IMG/VR virus record: IMGVR_UViG_3300028490_000394
Reading direction: 5' to 3' (one strand)
Length of the DNA stretch: 64,000 nt
Source of the DNA: an uncultured virus (IMG/VR IMGVR_UViG_3300028490_000394)
Lineage: Duplodnaviria; Heunggongvirae; Uroviricota; Caudoviricetes
Position 1 is the stretch's first letter. Every line of letters starts with the position of its first letter. Both the position numbers and the translations under genes were made by a program. The notes under the pieces were generated by a model that worked only from the letters and a program-made list of their open reading frames with translations, made no database searches and had not been told where the DNA came from. Below are positions 17,899-29,045 of this stretch, piece after piece.

Positions 17899-18691
17899 AA
17901 CGTACGACCCAAACAAACAATCTAATACTGAAAAGGTTCTTTTATCTTTATCTGGTATCTTTTTTTCCGCTTTACTTATTGGATTGTTTTTTTCAATATT
18001 TGCAACCATGAGTGGAATTAAATCTAAGAATTTAAATGAAGCTTATGCCTCTATGACACCTTGTCTTGAGGACCCTAATTGTCAAGCACTATGTATGCCT
18101 TATGAAGTTTTTTACTATAGTGTTAATCCTAAAGGTCCTAGTACAATTGTTTTATCATATGCTTATTTCTATGAAGAATTAACTAAAGATAATCATACTT
18201 ACAAAGAAGGCTCTCATATAGTTAATCTTAATGGTCATGATTATTCTTTTGATAATTGTTATGTTACTGGTTCTCAACCTTTACCTTCTGTGGCTACTGA
18301 TATCACTGAAAATGGACGTTCTCCTATTAAAGGCGGTACAAATCCATTCCATGGTCATGTTAAAGAACTAACTATTGCTAGGGAACGTTATTTTGATATA
18401 AAAAAACTGTATACAAAAGAATCTTCTGAAATAGTATGTCGTTACACTAGAGAGAATCATGATCTTTATTATGGAAATGGGTATGTTAATCTAAGTAAAA
18501 ATGTTGACTTCTTTGTTAATGGATATGAACATTTTCTATATGATCGTGATCAAAATCTATACTTTAACGTTATGAACTGTTTTGAAGACAGTACTAGAGA
18601 TTATTCTTCTTTGACGCTTGTGTCTAATGTTCTTGGCCCTGTAAGTACTATTAAACATTCTATTTTAAGTAACGAAACGCCTCATGAATAA
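17885..18691 (+). CDS. membrane-anchored Cys-rich exported protein (paralog 2 of 4)
   Basis: Same motifs, FNVMNC. Confidence 0.75.
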   Translation: MKSNRTYDPNKQSNTEKVLLSLSGIFFSALLIGLFFSIFATMSGIKSKNLNEAYASMTPCLEDPNCQALCMPYEVFYYSVNPKGPSTIVLSYAYFYEELTKDNHTYKEGSHIVNLNGHDYSFDNCYVTGSQPLPSVATDITENGRSPIKGGTNPFHGHVKELTIARERYFDIKKLYTKESSEIVCRYTRENHDLYYGNGYVNLSKNVDFFVNGYEHFLYDRDQNLYFNVMNCFEDSTRDYSSLTLVSNVLGPVSTIKHSILSNETPHE

Positions 18692-19535
18692 GCATTTTAA
18701 AAGATATGGAATGTTTCTATTTGTGATAGTCTATGCTATTTTTGGTTATTTTTGGAATGATTATATAACTGAGGTTCGAGACACTGAATTTAATAAGTCT
18801 TTCTTAAAAGTTGAACCTTGTATTGAAGAGAATAATTGTACTATTCTTTGTCTTCCATATGAAATTTCAGATTATTTATATTCTGCAAGAGGTGGTCCTA
18901 CTCCTATACTTGGTTCGGGGTATTTCTATGATATAGTTAATTCCAGTAATTATACTAGAGAAAATAAGTCTGGATCTATCTTTGTAAATAAACATAAATA
19001 TAGTTTTGGACAATGTCATATTACCTACAGAGAAGATTTTGATAATGTGGTTAAAGAAATATCAGATAATCCAAAGAAAAAGAAAAAGATCTTTTATCTT
19101 GAATCTATTTCTGATAAGTTTCAGTACTTTACCAAAAGTAGGAATCGATTAAACAATATCATAGAATCGTATACTAATAGGAATGCAGATATACTATGTT
19201 ATTCAAAGACTTTTAGAAATGGGATCCCATTTGACCAAGACCTAGGTCTAAGTTATATTAAGCTTGGAAAGGACGTTAAATTCTTCTCTAATAGTGTTGA
19301 ATACCTTCTTACTGATAATGATACAAATGAAACATTTAACGTTATGAACTGTTTCGCTGCTAATCGTTATCACCCGGGGGATTTAGAATTGGTCTTTAAT
19401 GTCCTTGATAAAAATGATAAATCGTCTCTTACTGAACTTAGGACTACTAAAATTTATAGTTCTACGTATGAAAATGCGTTAGTTCCTACTGTTCACGACA
19501 ACTTGAAAGTTCAATACTTTAAGGAGTCTAAGTGA
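18684..19535 (+). CDS. membrane-anchored Cys-rich exported protein (paralog 3 of 4)
   Basis: Same motifs, FNVMNC. Confidence 0.75.
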   Translation: MNKHFKRYGMFLFVIVYAIFGYFWNDYITEVRDTEFNKSFLKVEPCIEENNCTILCLPYEISDYLYSARGGPTPILGSGYFYDIVNSSNYTRENKSGSIFVNKHKYSFGQCHITYREDFDNVVKEISDNPKKKKKIFYLESISDKFQYFTKSRNRLNNIIESYTNRNADILCYSKTFRNGIPFDQDLGLSYIKLGKDVKFFSNSVEYLLTDNDTNETFNVMNCFAANRYHPGDLELVFNVLDKNDKSSLTELRTTKIYSSTYENALVPTVHDNLKVQYFKESK

Positions 19536-20329
19536 AAAAACGTATTGTCTTATTTATAGTTTTAGTTATTAGTATCTTTGGGTTAATACTTCTCAATCAT
19601 TTCACTAAGGTCTATGAAGCTAAGCTATCTAGTTTAAAAGAATGTATTGCTGAGAAGGATTGTAAGGTTGCTTGTGCTCCTATGGAGGTCTCTCAAAATA
19701 TATTATCTAAGAACTTTTATTCTTATGGGTTTTTCTACGAAGAAATGAATGCGTCTAATTATGAAACTACTGGTTCTTTTTATGAAGTACTAGTAAATAA
19801 GCATAGATATGTTCTTGATCAATGTTTTGAGGTCTATAAACCTGAGTCTTTCACTAATGTTATTCTTGATCTATCTTTGATAGGTTTTAATCCAGAGTAT
19901 CGTTACCATATTAACTTGTCTTCACCTTTTTTTGACGCAGCTAAAGAAGAGTTTCAATACTTTACTAAGATTGAAAACCGTGCCTTGCATATTAGACGTA
20001 ATATTAACTCTAAAAAGGATTTTCATGTTCGTTGTTACTCTAGTAAACCTGAAAAAGGCCTTACTTATGATAAAGGTTTAGAATTGTATTATTTAGATCT
20101 CGATAATAACGTTTCTCTTCACTCTAATGCGCTTAATCTATATGCTTATTCTAATGGTATGATTTTGAATGTTATGAACTGTTTCGCAGCTGATAAAAAT
20201 TCTACTATAGATATTGAATTTAGTGATCTCAAGTATCCTTTTGAAGAGTTAAATAATTCTAAACTATATGATACTTTAATTGAGCCCTCTACATTTAAAA
20301 ATGTTCTATTTAAAGGTTTTTCTGAATGA
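19532..20329 (+). CDS. membrane-anchored Cys-rich exported protein (paralog 4 of 4)
   Basis: Same motifs, LNVMNC. Confidence 0.75.
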   Translation: MKKRIVLFIVLVISIFGLILLNHFTKVYEAKLSSLKECIAEKDCKVACAPMEVSQNILSKNFYSYGFFYEEMNASNYETTGSFYEVLVNKHRYVLDQCFEVYKPESFTNVILDLSLIGFNPEYRYHINLSSPFFDAAKEEFQYFTKIENRALHIRRNINSKKDFHVRCYSSKPEKGLTYDKGLELYYLDLDNNVSLHSNALNLYAYSNGMILNVMNCFAADKNSTIDIEFSDLKYPFEELNNSKLYDTLIEPSTFKNVLFKGFSE

Positions 20330-20550
20330 AAATAATTAATACTACAACTACTTACTTTGAATATATTGAAAAGTTAATACATTTACTTATATCTATGTTT
20401 TTTATCTCCACAGGTATTTCCCTTATTATTTTAGTAAGTCTTCTGCCTGTTCTAATTATAAGTAATATATTCAGGATCCCTTCTATACTATTTATATTTT
20501 AAGCACACTCTATGTAAACTCCTGGTATAATATATCAAATATAAAAAGGA

Positions 20551-20955
20551 GTGACTATGTTCGCTGAATTTGAAAAAGAAGACGCTGGTAAGAAACTTAT
20601 TGGAACACTAATTAATAAAGAGGTTACCCATGCTAAACTTATGGGTGATAGTATCTCTTACGCTACTGTAGATAACATGGGAGACCTTCCATTTGGAACT
20701 CTTATGGTCGCTGTTAAGAACTGGGCTCTACTTCACAAGGGTGTTGTTTTGGATTCTAAAAATTTATTGACTCGTGGTGTTGCTACAATGACTCTACTTG
20801 ACTGTAATACTCCTGTAGGTGATATCTTTCAAGCTGCTGAAGGTGAAACTATTAGAGATATACTTACTAACGAAGCAGATATTGTTGCAAACGATAAGTT
20901 TGGTATCTACAATGAAGCTTTAGCTGTTATTCTTGCTGCATTGACGTTGGTCTAA
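20551..20955 (+). CDS. hypothetical protein
   Basis: Promoter and RBS upstream. Confidence 0.65.
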   Translation: MTMFAEFEKEDAGKKLIGTLINKEVTHAKLMGDSISYATVDNMGDLPFGTLMVAVKNWALLHKGVVLDSKNLLTRGVATMTLLDCNTPVGDIFQAAEGETIRDILTNEADIVANDKFGIYNEALAVILAALTLV

Positions 20956-20956
20956 T

Positions 20957-21208
20957 ATGAAACATTTTTTACTTATTTTATCTTTCACTTTCTTTTCATT
21001 GCATGCTACTGATTCAAATCTTACAAAAACGACAAATATCTATATTACTGTTGATTGTCCTGATTGTAATGCTACTGGAGTAAAGACTTATCCTACTGCC
21101 GCTCTATGGCATAAAGGTGGTATGGCTGCACAAGTTATTACTGAAGGTGTTTGCAACCGTTGTTGGGGCACTGGAGACCTTTCTAGAAAGGGAAAACCTT
21201 TAAAGTAA
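20957..21208 (+). CDS. small exported protein with DnaJ-type zinc-finger repeats
   Basis: Signal peptide; CPDCNATG and CNRCWGTG. Confidence 0.6.
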   Translation: MKHFLLILSFTFFSLHATDSNLTKTTNIYITVDCPDCNATGVKTYPTAALWHKGGMAAQVITEGVCNRCWGTGDLSRKGKPLK

Positions 21209-21271
21209 TCTTACTATAACAATATATTGCATTTTATTATAAAGTGTTAATTAATTTTGAAAGGATTCAAT

Positions 21272-22904
21272 ATGTTCGAATATGATATTATTGAAGGTGG
21301 TAAAGTTATCACCAACAGACTGCTCGCTACTTCTATGGAAGAAGCTAACACACTTAGAAAACTCATTTACCCTAACTCTCGAGGAGTTATGGTTTCTGAA
21401 AAACAAATGTATGAATTTGAATATGTTCCACCTGCTGCAGGAAAGATTGGTATCTTACCTTCTGAGCCTCCATTAGGTGACACTGTTTTGAATTTAGAAT
21501 CTCCACTACTTGGTAGATATGTTACTTTTGAACATAGAGGTAGAACTCTTGAAGGTACTATTATTCAAGTTTCCAAAAGAGAACATTCTTGGCGTCATTT
21601 AACAGATTGCTCTCTTAGTTGTTATGTTATTAATAATAAAATTGGTTCTTCTGTTAAAGGTATTCGAATGGCTGCTACTGATTTATTTGGAAAGGGCCCT
21701 TATGCCTAAACAATATAAAATCAAAGATTTAGTATCTGGTAAGTTTCTTAACAATACTGGTCTAGCTGTTTTCTCTCCTAAAGGTGGTGTCTTCTCTAAG
21801 AAGGTTACTGTTCTTGGTAGAATGAGAATGGCTGAAGAATACTTCACTTTACATGGCAATTCAGAATCAATTGACTTAATTGTTGTTGAGGTGGAACTTG
21901 TTGAAATTGGTCAAGTTGATCATACAGCTTGGGTTGTTTAATATGGCTAAACAAGAATTTATACCTATTGTTGGTTCTAGCTACAACTTTTTTGTTGAAG
22001 GCATGGAATGGGCAGGTACTGTTACAAAAGTAATTGGTGATCAATTTGAATTTGAACTTTCAAGTGATCTTGTACGAGATTGGGAACTTTGTCTTGAAGA
22101 CGAACCCAAAATTGCAGATATTTCTGCTATACAATAAAAGGAGCATTTATATGCAACTATATTACGTTTATTTACAAAACAACGATCATAGATTGTTAGC
22201 TTATTTAGCTGATCCAGAGGATATCAAAGAAATTCTTAAGCAAAAGCCTCATATTGGTGACTTAGATTATATTGAAGTCATTGAAATTAGTGATATGCTT
22301 ACATTACAAACTGATATCGAATTGATTGAGAAGAAGATTCTTTTTCTTGAGACTGAAATTGCTGCTCTTGAGTTTTCTCTTATTGGACTTAGTTCTGTTA
22401 ATGAACTTTACTTCTCACCTAATCGTGAAGATAGTGAAGCTATTGTTAGAGTTCTTATCCAGGAAAAACTTACTGAGCTTATGATACTTAGAGGAAATCT
22501 TTCTTCTATTGTTTCTAAAAATGCTGTACATACAGCTAATCTTATTACAAAAAATAAAGGAGGCGATAATGCCTAGAAAATACTATTTAGTATATAATCA
22601 AAGTGGAACTAGAACGTTAGTTCGTTCTACAGGTTCTTCAGCTGCAGCTGACAAAGTAAACACTGCTCTTCAATACACTGTGGACCGTTATGGTATTAAC
22701 TCTTCTATTGTTGAGGAAATTAATAAATCTACTGCTAAAAAAGAAATCAAAAAACTTAAAAAGCTTAAGGCTTTAGTTAAATTTGAACTTTATATGCTTG
22801 GTGTAGCTCCTATTAGTATCATGGATATAGAAACTGGTAAAAAGATTGTTAAACTCCGTAAGAAAGAGTTTGAGATTCTAAAGACCAAATTGAAACTAGT
22901 TTAA
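21272..22904 (+). CDS. operon of five small hypothetical proteins (21272-21709, 21702-21941, 21943-22137, 22151-22576, 22569-22904)
   Basis: Abutting ORFs, each with an RBS; starts reassigned from the ORF track. Confidence 0.6.
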
Positions 22905-22907
22905 CTA

Positions 22908-23597
22908 CTATCTCCCTTCGGGGAGCACTTCTTTAGCTAATTCATTTAGCTTCTCTTGATCTAAAACACCAAATTCTTTTTCTATACTAGAAGATACAAT
23001 AAAGTATGTTGCAAATGCTTTATAATCATTGATATTATCTATTGAGATCCCACTTGCTATTGCTAGGTCACTACTTCCTAATACTCTTTTCATTGTTATG
23101 ATTTTTTCTACACTTGGCTTATTACCTGTAGAAACTCCACTGGTTGTTACAACACTCATTCTATGTTTTGCTAGTTCTGTAGCTGCTTCTAATGAGATTG
23201 GTTGTTCACAACCCTTAAAGGCTACTCCACCAAAATATAAACCTTTGAAATCATTCTCTATCCATGATTTAAAGAGTATTTCTGCTTCTTGTTCTCTATC
23301 GTATAGGCCTATGTAAGAGTTGTCTAACCAAATCATGTCTAAGTGAGATATATCACTTTTTAGTTCATTAAATACTACTAGTGAGCTTAAGTCTAGGAAG
23401 TTACAACCTACTTTTAACTCTGGGTATTTTTCTTTTACTTCTTTACTAATCTCTAATAATTCTCTATGCTGATATTTTGTATGAGATATTAGAAATACAT
23501 GGTCCAAACCTGCATTCACTACTTTTTCTATATTTTGAAAGATTAGTTCTTTTGAACCCTCTGCATGTACTACTGGTATTAATATGTTTTTCTTCAA
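22908..23597 (-). CDS. BtpA/SgcQ-like TIM-barrel protein
   Basis: IPVVH, GCNFL, FGGVAFK, TSGVSTG and IASGISIDN phosphate-binding barrel motifs. Confidence 0.7.
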   Translation of the reverse strand: MKKNILIPVVHAEGSKELIFQNIEKVVNAGLDHVFLISHTKYQHRELLEISKEVKEKYPELKVGCNFLDLSSLVVFNELKSDISHLDMIWLDNSYIGLYDREQEAEILFKSWIENDFKGLYFGGVAFKGCEQPISLEAATELAKHRMSVVTTSGVSTGNKPSVEKIITMKRVLGSSDLAIASGISIDNINDYKAFATYFIVSSSIEKEFGVLDQEKLNELAKEVLPEGR

Positions 23598-23701
23598 AAA
23601 TGATCCTTTGTTTTTATATGGTGTATTATAGCATAATAGTTTTCACCTGGCCTTAAGTAAGTTTATGTCATAATACAGAATCTTAAAAAAAAAGGACTTT
23701 T

Positions 23702-25225
23702 ATGCCTCTTATCTATAAAATTATGGCTGCATTATTTATTGTTGTCTTCTCTATTCTCTTGTTTCATGTTTCTCTTAACGGATTTTATTCCGGTTGGTTT
23801 TGGCTTATTTTAGCTATTGGTATTACGTTTGGACTTCTTACTCTTCCTCGCTCTGATAGTTCTGCATTCTTACATATATTAGCTTCTATATTGTTTTTCT
23901 TATTCATTGGTATTCTTCCTGGTTCTGCCATGTTTGGTCATAATGCTGATATCTATAAAAATAGTATTACAGTAAAAGAAGTGTCTTCTAAAGATATCGT
24001 TTTTGATTCTCAAAGAGTTATCACTCGAGAAATGGCTGGTATTATTGCTAGTAAAGTTCTTAGTGACGGAAATAGTTCTGATCAAATTAGTTCACAACTT
24101 CAACTTGATTTATCTCATGCTTCAGTACAAATGGTAAATAATGAACCTCTATGGGTTATTCCATTAGATTATTCTGGTTTCTCTAAGTGGACGTCGAGAG
24201 ACTCTATACCTGGTTATGTTACCGTGTCTTCTATCGATCCTGACCAAGAAGCTATTCTTCATACTGGGTATAATATTGACTTGAGTGCTAATGGTTATTT
24301 CCATGATAATATTTCTAACTTTACTTATTACTCTACTGGACTTAAAAAAGTAACTAACCACTTTGAGATTAACGATAAAGGTGAACCTTTCTACATTGGA
24401 TTGGTTTCTAAACCTCTTGTATGGACTGAACTCTTAACTACTTATGAAGTTATGGTTATCAATGCTCAAACTAAAGAAGTCGATACTTTACCTGTATCAG
24501 AAGTGCATGCTAAATATCCTTGGATTGATAGAATTGTACATAGTGGCTTCGTTAAAGAGAAAATTCATGCTTATGGAATCTATCAGAGTGGTTGGTTAAA
24601 TACTGTATGGGGTGAGAATGGTCTTAATAAGCCAACTGAATATCATGGTCAAGAGTTATGGTTTGTTAGAATGAATGGACGTAATGTTTTCTTTACTGGT
24701 ATGAGTTCTTTAAATAAGAAAAACCAGAGTTTAGTTAAAGGTTTGGCTGTTGATACTATTACTGGTGAGGGTATTTCATTTAATCTATCAGGTATTATGG
24801 ACGAAGCCGGGGCTATGACTATTCTTAACTCTGCACTTGGTGCAAGTTCTGTTGCTTGGTCTCCTATTTTACCTCAACCGGTTATGGTTAATGGTAACTT
24901 CTATTGGGGTGCAGCAATTGTTTCAAATGCTGGTATCTTTGAGAAGATTGGTGTCGTTAAAGGTAATAAGGCTTCAGAGACATTCTTTGGACATTCTTAT
25001 GAACAAGCTGTTAAAATGGTTAATCGTGGTGTAAACGGTCTTCACGGATCTGACTCGGGGGTTGTTATTGACTCCGTCTTAGGAAATTCTACTCAATATC
25101 CTGATATGAACAGAACTGGACAAATCACTATGAGTGTAGAAGAATTTGTTGCTCTTCAAAATCATTTGAATGGTTTGATTAAAATAGTTAATACTCTTGA
25201 GTCTAGACTTTATATCAAAAAGTAA
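23702..25225 (+). CDS. membrane-anchored exported protein of unknown function
   Basis: Three N-terminal TM helices followed by a large soluble domain. Confidence 0.7.
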   Translation: MPLIYKIMAALFIVVFSILLFHVSLNGFYSGWFWLILAIGITFGLLTLPRSDSSAFLHILASILFFLFIGILPGSAMFGHNADIYKNSITVKEVSSKDIVFDSQRVITREMAGIIASKVLSDGNSSDQISSQLQLDLSHASVQMVNNEPLWVIPLDYSGFSKWTSRDSIPGYVTVSSIDPDQEAILHTGYNIDLSANGYFHDNISNFTYYSTGLKKVTNHFEINDKGEPFYIGLVSKPLVWTELLTTYEVMVINAQTKEVDTLPVSEVHAKYPWIDRIVHSGFVKEKIHAYGIYQSGWLNTVWGENGLNKPTEYHGQELWFVRMNGRNVFFTGMSSLNKKNQSLVKGLAVDTITGEGISFNLSGIMDEAGAMTILNSALGASSVAWSPILPQPVMVNGNFYWGAAIVSNAGIFEKIGVVKGNKASETFFGHSYEQAVKMVNRGVNGLHGSDSGVVIDSVLGNSTQYPDMNRTGQITMSVEEFVALQNHLNGLIKIVNTLESRLYIKK

Positions 25226-25301
25226 AAAGGGCTTTCTTTTTGATAAGCGAGACTAAAGCTATTCAATGATATAATACTTTATATAAACAAAGGAATCTTT
25301 T

Positions 25302-25619
25302 ATGAATAATTATACAACTAGCTTTTGTGCTTATGGGCATGACCAACGTAGTTCTTGCTCTCTTCCTGTAGTAACTTTAACTTCTCATGGTACTGATACT
25401 ACTCTTAAAAGTCATTTTGAATTTATAAAAAAAGAAGTTTATAAAAAAGCTTTAGACCTTTATAATAAAAATGTTCCTACTAGTACTACTTTTACTATTA
25501 GTACGACTAAATTCAATGGAATTACTCATGAAGTTTCTTTCTTTAGATTTGAAAGAAGTCTTCTTCATGTCATTCAAAACTACAAGCCAGAAGACAAGGA
25601 CTCTAACCATGTTAAGTAA
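25302..25619 (+). CDS. hypothetical protein (paralog pair, copy 1)
   Basis: TS..AYG..LP..TS.G.DT.LK.H..VY.KAL..QNYKP shared with the next gene. Confidence 0.7.
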   Translation: MNNYTTSFCAYGHDQRSSCSLPVVTLTSHGTDTTLKSHFEFIKKEVYKKALDLYNKNVPTSTTFTISTTKFNGITHEVSFFRFERSLLHVIQNYKPEDKDSNHVK

Positions 25620-25920
25620 ATTTTATGCAACTAGTGTTTCAGCTTTTGGATATAATTCAAGAGTAACAACTAATATTCCTGCACTTTTGGTAACTAGCTC
25701 TGGTGGTGACACTTCTCTTAAAAAACATTTAAAAGTGGTTCGAGAACTAGTATATAGAAAAGCTCTGGAAGTTTTTGAAGGGAACGGCTCTAGTAACACT
25801 TCATTTGACATTATCATGACAATTTACAATCCTGTTACTGAAACAAATTCAACATTTTTCTTTGTTAAGAATCTTCAATATGTATTACAAAATTTTAAAC
25901 CACAAAAGGACACGAAATAA
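25609..25920 (+). CDS. hypothetical protein (paralog pair, copy 2)
   Basis: Start MLSKFY after AAGGA; paralog motifs. Confidence 0.7.
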   Translation: MLSKFYATSVSAFGYNSRVTTNIPALLVTSSGGDTSLKKHLKVVRELVYRKALEVFEGNGSSNTSFDIIMTIYNPVTETNSTFFFVKNLQYVLQNFKPQKDTK

Positions 25921-26552
25921 TGAGCAGCTTTAATAAACTTTTTTCTAGAAACAAACCTATCCCTACTATGGACTTATCTGTCTATCAATCAGACTCTTCT
26001 GCTGAAATAGTAAATCTATCTCGTAAAGTCAACCTTTCTTGGGATAATACAACTATTTATAAATTCACAGTGCATACTTTTAATCCAGAGTCTAGAACTG
26101 TTACTCTAATTGACACTATTACTTACCCTAAAGGTGAATTTAACGAATTATCGAATCAAAATAAAGAGACTATACTTAAGTATTACCAGAGAGAAGAAAT
26201 TGATAGTCTTATTTCTGAAGAAGACGGGATTCAACATGCCAACATGGTAATTGAATTGTCAAAATTGATTAGAGACTTCTATCAAGACGCTAAGATCAGG
26301 TTTTTAACTGATTTCTCTAAGTTTTATGGTGTAAGTGAGGAAGAAACAATTATTCTTACTGACGTTGTCTTTAATACTATGCATTCTCAATGTCTTTTTC
26401 AAGAGTCTTTGAATGGCACTAGTGAAAATAATTCTTCATGGGATCTTAGCACTCGTGACATATTCTTTTCTGAATATAATCAAATACCATTCACTCTTTA
26501 TTCTCAACTTGAATCCCTCATGGTAATACAACTACAAATAAATAGGATATAA
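25920..26552 (+). CDS. hypothetical protein (paralog pair, copy 1)
   Basis: RFL..FS..Y and RD.F..LESLM.IQL shared with the next gene. Confidence 0.7.
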   Translation: MSSFNKLFSRNKPIPTMDLSVYQSDSSAEIVNLSRKVNLSWDNTTIYKFTVHTFNPESRTVTLIDTITYPKGEFNELSNQNKETILKYYQREEIDSLISEEDGIQHANMVIELSKLIRDFYQDAKIRFLTDFSKFYGVSEEETIILTDVVFNTMHSQCLFQESLNGTSENNSSWDLSTRDIFFSEYNQIPFTLYSQLESLMVIQLQINRI

Positions 26553-26554
26553 AT

Positions 26555-27133
26555 ATGGAATTTTTAGAACACAAACCTAATTTTAAAGGAATGAATTTAA
26601 AATCATTTTTAACAAACCAAGCACTTGAACCTTTGCAAAAAAAGTTGAATACTTTTATTGAACAATACACTGAATTAACTCTTACTAACTCAAACTTTAA
26701 TCCACTTCTTAGTGACGAAGTTACTATTATTGATAGAAAGGTTTTTACTAAATCTGATTTTATTCGTCTACCAGAAGAAATTCAAGCTCAGTACAGAAAA
26801 TTTTATACTTTAAGTAGTGCCCTTCTACCTAGACCTAAAGGTGAACAAAAACAACTTAATCTTGATTTGGAAAAAGCTGCTTTTGATTTTAATATGAATG
26901 TTAAAGGTAGATTTCTTAGAGGCTTTTCCGTTCATTATTCTATTACATATAGACAGACTTGCGAATTAGCTTTTCTCGTGATTGATAAGTATCATGTAGA
27001 AAATCAATCTAATCCATTTTATAGTTCTCACTTTAGAGATAGTTTTTATGATAATACTCCAGATCATGATTTTACTGATTTTGAAAAGCTTGAGTCTTTA
27101 ATGGCAATTCAACTTCGTTTAGCCAAATTCTAA
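26555..27133 (+). CDS. hypothetical protein (paralog pair, copy 2)
   Basis: Paralog motifs. Confidence 0.7.
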   Translation: MEFLEHKPNFKGMNLKSFLTNQALEPLQKKLNTFIEQYTELTLTNSNFNPLLSDEVTIIDRKVFTKSDFIRLPEEIQAQYRKFYTLSSALLPRPKGEQKQLNLDLEKAAFDFNMNVKGRFLRGFSVHYSITYRQTCELAFLVIDKYHVENQSNPFYSSHFRDSFYDNTPDHDFTDFEKLESLMAIQLRLAKF

Positions 27134-27195
27134 CTCACCTTCCTCTAAGTTCTTTTTTGTTATACTACATGTATATAAATTAAAGGACTTATCCT

Positions 27196-28020
27196 ATGCG
27201 TAAAATCACATTTTTTAATACTGCTCAAAACGAAGAATTTTCTTTTCTTAAAATTGAGAATGAAGACGATCTCAAAGCTTATATTGAATTCGCAATTGAA
27301 GATTCAAATAAAGAACAAACTAAATTATGTTCTCAATATAGACCTAGCCATTACTACTCTAAAAGCGGTATTTCAAATCTTGCTAAAACTATTCTTCAAT
27401 TTAATTTTGGTTGTGTTGACAATCTTAAAAATAAAAATGAAGATATCTTTAAAGGTCTTACTGATCTTGCCTTTAAAAAATCACTTGCACTTTTCTATGA
27501 TACATTAAAAAGTACTTTTGATAGCCAGGGTTTTGCCTATATTAATACTGTTGGTGGTATTTTTTGTGGAGAACCTACTGAAGACATGTTTACCTCTATT
27601 CTTTTAGAAGAAAAGAATCTTACTATGCAAGATCTTCTTAAGAGACCATACCTTACTGTTAATGAGGGCTCAGTTGCCCTTGCTCTTGAGAACGACCCTA
27701 TTCTTGACCCTTGGTATGCTGAAAACTTTAAAGAGCCTATTTCAAGCGTTACGTTTCTAAAAGAAGCTATGGAAGAAGGTCTACTTGGAGATATTATTAA
27801 GGAGTATATCTATGACTATGAGAATCCGCGTGATATCTTTGTTTATACTACTGCGAACGACGTGCAGCAAATGGACGATTATCTAGCTATTATCAAAAAA
27901 CTTGATATTATGTATCTTTCTGTTGAAATTGTTATTTCTAGCAGAGAACAAGAAGCTGAAAAGATTGCTGTTATTGAAAAATATAACTTTGTTACTTATC
28001 GTTTTACTGAGGGAGCTTAA
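27196..28020 (+). CDS. hypothetical protein
   Basis: 274-aa ORF with RBS and promoter. Confidence 0.7.
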   Translation: MRKITFFNTAQNEEFSFLKIENEDDLKAYIEFAIEDSNKEQTKLCSQYRPSHYYSKSGISNLAKTILQFNFGCVDNLKNKNEDIFKGLTDLAFKKSLALFYDTLKSTFDSQGFAYINTVGGIFCGEPTEDMFTSILLEEKNLTMQDLLKRPYLTVNEGSVALALENDPILDPWYAENFKEPISSVTFLKEAMEEGLLGDIIKEYIYDYENPRDIFVYTTANDVQQMDDYLAIIKKLDIMYLSVEIVISSREQEAEKIAVIEKYNFVTYRFTEGA

Positions 28021-28022
28021 TT

Positions 28023-28397
28023 ATGGAAATTTTTGACGGACGTATTATTGCTACTATTTTCTTTTCTTTTGCTCTAATTCTATTTATTGCACGTTTTGCC
28101 TTAAAAAGTTTTCTTATGACCTACCCTGATATTGTTATGGACGGTTTAACTATAGGACGTATCATTACTAACCTATTTAAAAAGGATCTTGTAGATAGTC
28201 ACTTCTATAAAGTAGAGGAAGTCTATGATATCCTTGAAGTCAAGATTGACACTTTCTTTCAAACTAATATCAGCAAGGTCATGCTTGTGTTTTTCATTGC
28301 AGGTATTATTTCTACATTATTTTCTTTTGTTACATACTCTGTATGGTTAGACTTGTTAAGTCTATTCATGGCAATTATTATTCCTAAGAAAAAGTAA
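28023..28397 (+). CDS. hypothetical membrane protein
   Basis: Hydrophobic segments. Confidence 0.6.
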   Translation: MEIFDGRIIATIFFSFALILFIARFALKSFLMTYPDIVMDGLTIGRIITNLFKKDLVDSHFYKVEEVYDILEVKIDTFFQTNISKVMLVFFIAGIISTLFSFVTYSVWLDLLSLFMAIIIPKKK

Positions 28398-28567
28398 ATC
28401 TTCTCACATTCATAAGTTATATTTATCATTATTCTAACTTTAGATTATAAAAAATGTAACTTTTCTAAATAATTAAAACAAATATTAAAATATTATCTCC
28501 CTTTAAGTATTCTCTTATGTTTAAAAGAGTATACTCCGCTTCTAAAAAAAATTACTAGGAGTTTATT

Positions 28568-29020
28568 ATGAATAAATTTATTGTTATCTTGTTTTTAATG
28601 ACTTCTTTTGTGTTCGCAACAGATTTCATTGACGGTAAAGATTTAAGGGAAGTAGGAAAGGATTCTATTTCTATAGGGACTGGAGAAAATATTGAGTATA
28701 TTTTCATTGATCCAGATTGTAAATACTCACAAAGATTTCTTACTAAGATTGTAAATAACAAAGAAGCTCTTGCCTATACTACATATAAGTTTGTATTAGC
28801 TAAGTTGGATAAGTTTAATTCGAATGCTAAAATTAATTACATTCGTTCAGCAAAAGATCCTAAAGAAGCTCTTATCAGTTTTATGGTAAAGAAAGAGTAT
28901 CCAAGTGACTTTAATTGTTTTGCTTCTAGAACTAGTATTGAATCTGCAAAGATTAATACTTTTTGTGATACTAATAAAATTAAGTCTCGTCCTTTCGCAA
29001 TGTTGGCTGACGACTTTTAA
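28568..29020 (+). CDS. exported DsbC/DsbG-like thioredoxin-fold protein (CxxS)
   Basis: Signal peptide, YIFIDPDCKYS, C-terminal SRP at the cis-Pro position. Confidence 0.65.
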   Translation: MNKFIVILFLMTSFVFATDFIDGKDLREVGKDSISIGTGENIEYIFIDPDCKYSQRFLTKIVNNKEALAYTTYKFVLAKLDKFNSNAKINYIRSAKDPKEALISFMVKKEYPSDFNCFASRTSIESAKINTFCDTNKIKSRPFAMLADDF

Positions 29021-29045
29021 TTGTATTCCTGCTCTTGCAGGAACA

